Shown here: piece by piece, positions 28,446-38,223 of the stretch
Layout: every line of letters starts with the position of its first letter
Numbering within the stretch: the stretch's first letter is position 1
Assembly (NCBI GenBank): GCA_041394885.1
Contig: JAWKHI010000018.1
Location: 48,754 to 112,753, forward strand
Reading direction: 5' to 3'
DNA: 64,000 nucleotides
Source: Bryobacteraceae bacterium
GTDB taxonomy: Bacteria > Acidobacteriota > Terriglobia > Bryobacterales > Bryobacteraceae
The notes under the pieces: model-generated
What the model was told of the DNA's origin: nothing
Database searches by the model: none
Seen by the model: the letters and a program-made list of their open reading frames with translations, nothing else
Translations under genes and position numbers: made by a program

Positions 28446-28726
28446 ACTGAACAAACACTTCGCTTACCACGCGATCTCGAAAGTAGCGGCTCAACTCAGC
28501 CGGCGTGCGAAGATCCACCTTTCGTCCCAGCATGGTGGAAAGCTCGTCTTCCATACGCGCCAGATCCAAGTAGGTGATGGCCGCGGTGGGCTCGAAATCC
28601 ACGAGCACGGCGGAAATGGCTGGTCAAGATCGAACCGAACAAGGAGAGCTTACGAATGTGGTTTTGCTGGCAGAATCTCTCCACCTGTGCGTGGGGGATC
28701 TCGAGGCCGTGGAGGGACACACTCAT
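28432..28726 (-). pseudogene. MNT-type nucleotidyltransferase antitoxin, disrupted (frameshift or deletion removing the catalytic Asp region)
   Basis: LEIPHAQVERFCQQNHIRKLSLFGSILTSHF, then a frame change to VLVDFEPTAAITYLDLARMEDELSTMLGRKVDLRTPAELS. Confidence 0.65.
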
Positions 28727-28774
28727 TTCGCCTCATTGTGGCTGTGCTCCTGGGCCAAAGGTGCCATAATCCTC

Positions 28775-29113
28775 ATGGACCTCTCCGTCGGCGACAAGCT
28801 CGGCCATACGAGATCACCGGCCTGCTCGGCAAGGGCGGGATGGGCGAGGTGTATCGCGCCACAGACACGCGGCTCCACCGCGACGTCGCGGTTAGAGTCT
28901 CCAGCGAACGGTTCAACGACCGGTTCGAGCGCGAGGCGCGGGCAGTAGCGGCGCTGAACCATCCGCACATTTGCGCCATTTACGGCATTCGGCCCCAACT
29001 ATCTCGTGATGGAGTTAGTGGAAGGCGAGACGCTCTCGGCGCGGATCAAACAAGGGGCAATCCCACTGGACGAGGCGCTGGGAATCGCACGGCAGATCGC
29101 CGAGGCGCTCGAG
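28775..29113 (+). pseudogene. Ser/Thr protein kinase, N-terminal fragment with two frameshifts; truncated before the catalytic loop
   Basis: MDLSVGDKLGH / YEITGLLGKGGMGEVYRATDTRLHRDVAVRV...ALNHPHICAIYG / LVMELVEGETLSARIKQGAIPLDEALGIARQIAEALE. The fragment ends at the shared CTCGAG (29108..29113). Confidence 0.7.
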
Positions 29114-29230
29114 GTTGGCGAGAAACGCGACGTCCACGCGGCGGCGCTTGGCCTTTGCGGCGGCGAGGGCGGCGTCCAGCAGGTTCTGCCAGGCGATAAC
29201 CTCCGGCCACAGATTGCCGACCCGCTTCAT
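29108..29230 (-). pseudogene. DGR-type reverse transcriptase, N-terminal 41 codons only
   Basis: MKRVGNLWPEVIAWQNLLDAALAAAKAKRRRVDVAFLANLE, preceded by GGAGAGG. It lies inside composite ORF 29015..29608. Confidence 0.65.
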
Positions 29231-29566
29231 TTCCTCTCCCGCGCGGCCTTGCGCCAGCCACCGGTGTGCAGCCATTCGTCGGGTGCTGGCCGCGAATTCG
29301 TAGGCGTCGGCGCCGATCAATTTCAGGTCCTTGGAGAGCCGGACCAGAAAGCGGATACGGTTGACGTTGCGGACGGCATGCGTGAGCGGTTCCGCGTTGC
29401 GCGATTCATAGCTGGCGTCGACGAGGTTGGTGAGCAGATCGAGCGAGTGCTGGACGAGGTTCTGGCCTACTGAGAAACGGTGCGATTTTGGGAATTTTTC
29501 GACTTTGGGCAGGATCCATACCGTCCAGTCCTGGGCTCGTTGGACCACCAGCGTTGGTTCGGCCAT
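29231..29566 (-). CDS. avd: Avd-like four-helix-bundle protein (DGR accessory variability determinant)
   Basis: MAEPTLVVQRAQDWTVWILPKVEKFPKSHRFSVGQNLVQHSLDLLTNLVDASY...IRFLVRLSKDLKLIGADAYEF. 112 codons with the characteristic FPK..R(F/Y) pattern. No stop codon before the RT ATG. Confidence 0.7.
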
Positions 29567-29595
29567 GGCTCTGTATGGTACTCGCAAATTTTCCG

Positions 29596-29620
29596 GCAAA
29601 GGGGGCAAGCCCCTATTTGC
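29596..29620 (-). other. GC-rich hairpin between the VR-bearing gene and avd
   Basis: The minus strand reads GCAAA-TA-GGGG-CTTG-CCCC-C-TTTGC: a 5-bp and a 4-bp stem with a tetraloop, 74 nt past the target stop. Confidence 0.5.
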
Positions 29621-29693
29621 AATCCCCGCCGGTTTCTCCGATCCCCAGCAGGCGTGTCTTCAGGGGTAGAGGGTAAAGAAAAAGAATAAAAAC

Positions 29694-31330
29694 TCAACGG
29701 AATTCCCCGGCGCATCGGAACCCAGGGATTGAAACTCGGTTCTCCGGTAGATTCTCGTTCGGGACGACGCGCGGACGTACAGGATTGGTGACCCAGGAGC
29801 CCCCGCGCAACACACGCCTCTTCCCGCTTTCTGGGGGCCCTTCCGGATCTGTTTGTTTCCCTGAGGAATATGGTCCGTGCCAATCCCATACCCATTCCCA
29901 GACGTTCCCCAACGTGTCATACGGCCCCATTGATTCGGCTCTTTCTGCTTCACAGGGTGCGTTGTGTTCCCGATTTTCTCTAGAGTCGCAACGTACTCAC
30001 CGGATTTCTCCCGCCACAACTTCTCCTGTATCCAGCCGCTCACGTCCACTGTTGTTCCCATACCACGCGATCTCGTCTAGCGCCCCATAGCGAGCCCCGT
30101 CGTCCCAGCCCGCGCCGCATACTCCCACTCCGCTTCCGTCGGCAGCCGACCGCCTACCTTCTTGCAATACTGCGCAGCCTCCTCCCAACTCACCCGCTCC
30201 ACGGGATTCGCCCCTACCTTTGAAATGGCTCGGATTCTGCCCCATCACCCGCTCCGCCTCCTGCGTCACAGGCGTTTCCCCGATCAAAAGCCACGGCTGA
30301 TCGTCACCTCTTGGCGAGGCTTTTCGTTATCCCACCGCTTCCTTGTCGCCCTCAGGCGCCCATCAGGAACGTTCCCGGCGGAATCCAGATGTACACTGGG
30401 CCGTCCAACGGGTTCATCCACTTGTCCCCAGCGAGGCGTACTGTACCTGACTTGCGCACTTCCAACGCGGCGCGCAAAGGTTCACCGTGGTCCGCAGCGT
30501 GTTGTTTCCGGGCTGATCGCTTACGGCAAGCCAGGGAGGTCTTGCATTCTGTCCACGCGCCGGGCCCAAACCACCAGACCACCTTCCGCTGGTTAGCCTG
30601 TTGGGAAGTAATCGAGGCGAGGCTCTCGCCCAGTTCGAGCAGCACCATCTGTTCGAGATCCCCATAGTTGGGATAGGCGGCCAACAGCGCTGCTATCAGT
30701 TGCTTCAACTCCTTGCCATCGCGCATTCCCGCTCGCGTCGCGAGCCGTGGAGCAGCCCCTCCGGCCTCATCGCCTCCCAGGACCGCAGCGGTGTCTTCTG
30801 GTGGAGGGGCCGGCGTAGGGGCGGGCGGAGTGTGGACGCGGCGAATCGCGGCCTTCACGTCACGGGCGAGGCTCTCGATGCGCTTCTTGCCTTCGACGGG
30901 ATAGGACTCGTAGTGACGGTAGTCCTCCCAACTGGTGTATTGGCGCTCGCGCAGAAACGCGCCGAGTTGATCGCTCTCGCCGGTAATTTCGTCGGGGGTG
31001 ATCCAGATGACGGCGAGAATCAAGTCGCTGCGTCCCATCCGGAGTTCTCTTTCCCGGAATCGTTCCAATTCGCGGACGCATTCGCGACTCTGGAAGAAGC
31101 TGGGAGAAAGGATCGCGATGAGGAAGGTGACCGAGTCCAGAGACTGGTCTATGCGCTGTTTCCAATTTTCGCCCCACTTCAGTTCGGCCCGGTCCTGAAA
31201 AACCTCGAATACGCTTGCCGATCTGCTGGCGGATTTCCCGTTGGAGGCGTTCGACAAAGCGCGTGACTTCGCCTTCGGCGTCGTCGGCGTGGGCGTAGCT
31301 GAGGAAGGCTCCGGCGTCAGATGGCGGCAT
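29694..31330 (-). pseudogene. TIR - EAD1 - FGE-sulfatase(C-type lectin fold) protein, putative DGR target, with about ten frame changes
   Basis: Pieces appear in six ORF-track entries. TIR: FLSYAHADDAEGE...FQDRAELKWGENW...FLIAILSPSFFQSRECVRELE. EAD1: LKQLIAALLAAYPNYGDLEQMVLLELGESL...PGNNTLR. FGE: [56 protein letters not shown]...GFRCA. Confidence 0.75.
29709..29816 (-). repeat. candidate DGR variable region (VR)
   Basis: The last ~36 codons read RVLRGGSW-VTNPVRPRVVPNENLPENRVSIP-GFRCA. This is the position where FGE-type DGR targets carry their Asn-codon-templated variable scaffold. No TR partner was located. Confidence 0.45.
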
Positions 31331-31495
31331 GAGCAGAAAGTAGCCAAGCGTGTGGCTGGGCAGATCGGGATTCGCGAGATTCAGGTTACGACACAGACAT
31401 ATGTTGAAAATGTTATCGTAACCCCGGTTTGCGCAGCGTTCTCAGGCCGCTACTGTGCCAACCGCTTGCACGGGCTCGCGGCTCGGCTGGGTGAA

Positions 31496-32911
31496 CTACT
31501 TCTTCTTCTGGCGCATCAACTCGTCGATATTCACGAGTTCGGTGGGGTAATCTCCGGTGTAACACGCATAGCAGTAATCGAGCTTCTCGGCGTCGCCCAC
31601 GGCTTCCCGCAACTTCGGTAACGGGAGAAAGCCCAGCGAGTCGGCCTCGACGAAGCGCCGGATCTCATCCACGGTGTTGTTGGCCGCGATCAACTCGCCC
31701 TTGGTGGGCGTATCCACGCCATAGAAGCAAGGAGACAATGTCGGCGGGCAGGAGATGCGCATATGGACCTCCCGCGCACCGGCGCTACGCACCATGCGGA
31801 CGATCTTGCGCGACGTGGTTCCGCGCACGATCGAGTCATCGACGAGCACCACGCTCTTGCCCTGCAGGAGGCTTTTGACCGGATTGAGCTTGAGCTTGAC
31901 GCCGAAGTCGCGGATGGCTTGCGAGGGTTCGATGAACGTCCGGCCGACGTAGTGATTGCGTATAAGGCCCTGGCGGAAGGGGATGTTCGCCTCGGCGGCG
32001 AATCCGATGGCGGCGGCGACGCCGGAGTCCGGCACGGGGACCACGACGTCGGCGGTGGGCGCGGGGCAGGACTGAGCGAGCAAGCGACCCATGTTCTCGC
32101 GCGAAACCTGGACGCTGCGGCCGAACACGAGCGAATCGGGTCTGGAAAAATAGACGTGCTCGAAGACGCAGTGGGCCTGATTGCGCGGCATGGCGAACCG
32201 TTCGCGCGTGATGCCGGCGGCGTCGATGATGACCATCTCGCCGGGCTCGACGTCACCCAGGTAGACGGCGCCGACGAGGTCAAACGCGCAGGTTTCCGAG
32301 GCCACCATGTAGCTGGTGCGTCCGCCGGAGAGCTCGAGCTGGCCGATGGCGAGCGGACGAAACCCGTGGGGGTCACGCGCGACAATCACGCGGTCCTGCG
32401 CCAGCAGCACGAGAGAGTAAGCGCCTTCGATGGCGAGCAGGGCTTCGCGCAAGGCTTCCGAAAGGCTACGCTCGCGGCTGCGGGCGACCAAGTGGAGGAT
32501 GACTTCGGTGTCGCTCGAGGCCTGAAAGATCGAACCTTCCTGTTCGAGCATCCGGCGCAGTTCGAGCGCGTTGGTGATGTTGCCGTTGTGCGCCACGGCG
32601 ATCTGACCCTTGTTGCAGTTGACCGAGAACGGCTGGGCGTTCAGGATGGCGGTGTCGCCCGCGGTGGAGTAGCGGGTGTGGCCGATGGCCGCGTGGCCGT
32701 GGAGGCGTCCCAAAACCTCGGGCGTGAACACGTCGGCGACGTGGCCCATGGACTTGTGGCACTGGGTGGCCACACCGTCGGTGACCGCCAGTCCGCAGCT
32801 TTCCTGCCCGCGATGCTGCATCTGGTAAAGCGCCAGATAGGCCAGGTTCGCCGCTTCCGGATGCGCGTAGATCGCCACCACCGCGCATTCCTCATGGAAC
32901 TTGTCGAACAT
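31496..32911 (-). CDS. purF: amidophosphoribosyltransferase
   Basis: 471 aa, with CAVVAIYAH...LQHRGQES and the PRTase motif VVLVDDSIVRGTT. The frame is intact. Confidence 0.95.
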   Translation of the reverse strand: MFDKFHEECAVVAIYAHPEAANLAYLALYQMQHRGQESCGLAVTDGVATQCHKSMGHVADVFTPEVLGRLHGHAAIGHTRYSTAGDTAILNAQPFSVNCNKGQIAVAHNGNITNALELRRMLEQEGSIFQASSDTEVILHLVARSRERSLSEALREALLAIEGAYSLVLLAQDRVIVARDPHGFRPLAIGQLELSGGRTSYMVASETCAFDLVGAVYLGDVEPGEMVIIDAAGITRERFAMPRNQAHCVFEHVYFSRPDSLVFGRSVQVSRENMGRLLAQSCPAPTADVVVPVPDSGVAAAIGFAAEANIPFRQGLIRNHYVGRTFIEPSQAIRDFGVKLKLNPVKSLLQGKSVVLVDDSIVRGTTSRKIVRMVRSAGAREVHMRISCPPTLSPCFYGVDTPTKGELIAANNTVDEIRRFVEADSLGFLPLPKLREAVGDAEKLDYCYACYTGDYPTELVNIDELMRQKKK

Positions 32912-32914
32912 GGT

Positions 32915-35150
<2,236 letters not shown>

Positions 35151-35154
<4 letters not shown>

Positions 35155-35838
35155 CGGTTGGGAGGAACTGTCGAATTCGTGAAGGCGGACACCATGAACC
35201 GGAATACGCCGAGTCCGTCCACGGACCCCATCAACGGATCCGCGGCGCGTTCGGGATGCGGCATCATGCCCATCACGTTGCGATCGCAATTGAGTACGCC
35301 GGCGATGTTGATGCAGGAACCGTTGGGGTTTGGGTGTAACGGAACGCGACGCGGTCTTCGGCTTGCAGCTCATCGAGGGGTCCGCTGATCGGCGAAGTAG
35401 CAGCCGTCGCCGTGGGCGATGGGCACGCGGATGACCTGTCCTTTTTCGTAGCCGCTGGTGAACGGGGAATTTGCGGTGCTGACCGAGAGGCCGACTTCGC
35501 GGCAGATGAACTTGAGATTCCGGTTGCGGACCAGCGCACCGGGCAACAGGCCGGATTCCCACGAGGATCTGAAAGCCGTTGCAGATGCCGATGACGAGGC
35601 CACCGGCGGCGGCGAATTTCTTCACGGCGCCTAAAACAGGTGAGAATTTCGCAATGGCCCCGCAGCGCAGGTAATCGCCGTAGGAGAAGCCGCCTGGCAG
35701 GATGACGGCGTCCACCGAGCCGACCGACGCGTGGTCATGCCAAAGAAACTCGGCTTGTTGGCCGAGGTTGTTCGTCACTGCGTACCAAGCGTCGTGGTCG
35801 CAGTTGCTGCCAGGAAAGACAACGACCCCGAATTTCAT
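35151..35838 (-). pseudogene. purQ: phosphoribosylformylglycinamidine synthase glutaminase subunit PurQ, read in four frames (three indels at homopolymers)
   Basis: [16 protein letters not shown]...[10 protein letters not shown] / [22 protein letters not shown]...HGDGCYFAD / [17 protein letters not shown] / [29 protein letters not shown]. The stop overlaps the purL ATG (ATGA). Confidence 0.85.
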
Positions 35839-35872
35839 CGTGGAGAGCCTTCAGTGTAGCATCATTGACACA

Positions 35873-36223
35873 ATGGGCTTCTGGAAAAATGAAGTAGTGA
35901 ACCCGTCTCTTGACGAGGACACGGCTCGCAAGATCGGCGAGCAAAAGAGCTGGATTGCCGCCGAACCCGCCAACCCCAGGCCCTACTATCACCTGGCGCA
36001 ACTGTATCGCCTGCAAGGGCGGCAGGATGAGGCCCTCGGGCTGATCCTCGAAGCCGTCCGGCTCGACCCTGATTTTGGCGCGGCGCACATTGCGCTGTCG
36101 GAAATCTACTGTGTGCGCGCCGACTACCCAGCCGCGTGGCGTCACGCGCGGTCGGCGGAGCGGAACGGGCTCCCGGCCGCCGTCGACCTGCTGACCCGGT
36201 ACGGAATCGCGGAAGGCGGCTGA
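35873..36223 (+). CDS. small TPR-like protein (116 aa)
   Basis: Internal ATG at 35873 of ORF 35702..36223. PYYHLAQLYRLQGRQDEALGLILEAVRLDPDFGAAHIALSEIY is TPR-like. The upstream part of the ORF is antisense of purQ. Confidence 0.6.
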   Translation: MGFWKNEVVNPSLDEDTARKIGEQKSWIAAEPANPRPYYHLAQLYRLQGRQDEALGLILEAVRLDPDFGAAHIALSEIYCVRADYPAAWRHARSAERNGLPAAVDLLTRYGIAEGG

Positions 36224-36321
36224 GGCTTTTGACGAACGCCCGGTTGCAGGCTGGCCGGTTATGTTAACAACTGCCGGATGTGAAGGAAGTGGCGCTGGCA
36301 GGCACCGGGAAGGAACTACAC

Positions 36322-37161
36322 ATGAGGATGAAGACCGATCATTTTACCTGGATTTGTCCGCAGTGCGGGTCTGAAGTGCCCCCCCACCTGAACGAATGCC
36401 CGCAGTGCGCGGAAAGAGCTGCCCAAACGGGTGGAGCCCCTCCGGCCCAGACTGCCGCGCCTCAGCCTCCTGCTCCGCAATATCCGCAGCAGGGCCGCCG
36501 GCTCCTGCCTGGCAGGGTTATCCACCGCAGCAGGCATACGCGCCTCCGCCTCCTCCTCCGCAGGGTCCGCCGCCGCAGTACGCGCAGCAGCCCCAATATG
36601 CGCCGCCGCCGCATCCGCAGTATGCCCCGCAGCAGCATCCGCAGCAACCCTATGGCCAGCCTCCGCCGCAGCAATATGGACGGCCGCAGTACGCCCCATA
36701 GGCCGGACCGCCGGCGTGGCTGGTGACCATCGGCGTCGCGGCGCTGGCGGGCATCCTGGTAGCGGGATTTTACTATTACGTCTCCAACCGCAGTGCTTCG
36801 GCTTCGGTGAAGACAACCGACACGACGGAAGAGACCAAGGGGGGCGGCGGCGAGGCGGCCTCCAATCAATCAAGCATCTGGAAGTGGCCGGCGTCAGGAT
36901 TTTCGAAGAGGGTAAGAAGCCGCGGCTGCGCCTGCTGCTGAGTACGAATCACGCATTGGCGGATCTGGCGGACCTGAAAAGCTCGATCATTGGGTGGTGC
37001 TGAAGGATGGCGGCAAGGAAGTGGGCGAAATGCCCTTTGCCCTGGCGCAACTTCGATCGTTCGACGCCCAGGAGATCGAGGGTCCGCTCAAGACCAGCCT
37101 ACGCGCGTACGAACTCCCCGACTGGCAGTTTGTCCGCGCCGAGCTGCGGCTCAAAGAGTAA
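36322..37161 (+). pseudogene. zinc-ribbon / PQ-rich / single-TM / C-terminal domain protein with three frameshifts and one in-frame TAG
   Basis: MRMKTDHFTWICPQCGSEVPPHLNECPQCA... / ...QGYPPQQAYAPPPPPPQGPPPQYAQQ...QYAP* / AGPPAWLVTIGVAALAGILVAGFYYYV... / KHLEVAGVRIFEEGKKPRLRLLL... / LDHWVVLKDGGKEVGEMPFALAQLRSFDAQEIEGPL...LRLKE*. Confidence 0.6.
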
Positions 37162-37183
37162 GTGGTTTCGCCGGCAGTGGGCG

Positions 37184-38077
37184 TTAGTGCCCTCCAGACA
37201 TCTTCTTGTACACCGCCCGGATGGAGACGAGATTGCGTTCCTTGTCGGTGGCGATCGGGTGGGCGCTGAAGTCCATTGCCGCGATCTGCTCCGGGGTTTT
37301 GCCAGCTTCGATCCCAGCGGTCACGGCGTCCATCACAGCCTTGAGATAGGCCGCCTGGGCGCGCAACTCGGGCATGGCTCCAAGCGCCCCGTGGCCGGGC
37401 ACGAGGGTGCGCACATCCCACAGTGACATACGATCCAGGGCCCGCAGCCAGTTGGCATGGTCGGCATCGGCGTCCGCGAAGTTGTTGCCGAAGTTCCAGT
37501 TCACGGCGAGATCTCCGGTAAACAGGATCTTTTCCTTGGGAAGGTAGGCCACCGAGTCTCCGCGGCTGTGCCCCGGCCCCACCAGCGACAACTCGATGCG
37601 ATGCGTGCCGTCGTCAAATGCCATGGACTGTCCGAAGGTGATTGCCGGATGCGCCAACTTGTAGGGTTTGAGACTGAACTCGCCGCTGGCGGTGTTGGCG
37701 TCCCAGGCCTTCTGGCCTTTGGTGCGCGATTCCTCGCCACAGGCCTGGGAACACACGATGGCCGCGCCCTGGTCCGTGAAGACGCTGCTGCCGTAGGCAT
37801 GGTCGCCATGATAGTGGGTGTTGAAGACGTATCGGATGGGCTTATTGGTGGTCTTCTTGATCTCAGCGAGAATCTCGCGCGCGCCCCAGGGGAAATTGGC
37901 GTCGATGACGACCACGTAGTCCTGGAACACGACCCAACCGCAGTTGGCCGGCTGGTTGCGGGTACGATCGCCCATGCGGACGTAGACGCCCGGGGCCAAT
38001 TCGCGAACCGCGCCGCGGGTGTCGGCGGCTGCGTAAATCAGCACGGCGAACAAGGTGGCAAGAATGACTCGTTTCAT
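37184..38077 (-). CDS. secreted MBL-fold metallo-hydrolase
   Basis: ATG 38077 is preceded by GGGGAG. Signal peptide MKRVILATLFAVLIYAAA. HxHxDH motif NTHYHGDHAYG, with later GHSRGD and PGHG. Confidence 0.85.
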   Translation of the reverse strand: MKRVILATLFAVLIYAAADTRGAVRELAPGVYVRMGDRTRNQPANCGWVVFQDYVVVIDANFPWGAREILAEIKKTTNKPIRYVFNTHYHGDHAYGSSVFTDQGAAIVCSQACGEESRTKGQKAWDANTASGEFSLKPYKLAHPAITFGQSMAFDDGTHRIELSLVGPGHSRGDSVAYLPKEKILFTGDLAVNWNFGNNFADADADHANWLRALDRMSLWDVRTLVPGHGALGAMPELRAQAAYLKAVMDAVTAGIEAGKTPEQIAAMDFSAHPIATDKERNLVSIRAVYKKMSGGH

Positions 38078-38223
38078 GGTGGCTCCCCTTTCCAATGACC
38101 GAGTGTATCGCAGGTGCGGCGGGCGGGCGCCGGGCAGTCATCCGGGCCGGGCCCGCCGCGTTCCGAGGATCAGAGATCGATCGAGGAAGAGGTTATCGCA
38201 TCGTTACTGCGAGCGGGGCGAAG

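Noticed and set aside
29015-29608. 197-aa ORF that looks like a single protein.
   Set aside because: It is a composite: a 5' leader, Avd (29566..29231), the RT stub (29230..29108), and then antisense read-through of the kinase fragment. It is annotated as separate features.
29108-29693. Template repeat (TR) expected between avd and RT, or next to VR.
   Set aside because: Avd runs directly into the RT ATG, and the 127-nt VR-avd spacer shows no similarity to 29709..29816. I also saw no copy of the VR flanks (GGCTCCTGG / GGTTCCGATGCGCC) elsewhere while reading, but a manual scan of 64 kb is not exhaustive.
31384-31423. Inverted repeat GGTTACGA...TCGTAACC in an AT-rich pocket between purF and the TIR gene.
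   Set aside because: It could be a purF-operon terminator or a promoter element for the TIR gene. There is no U tract and no clear -35/-10, so I left it uncalled.
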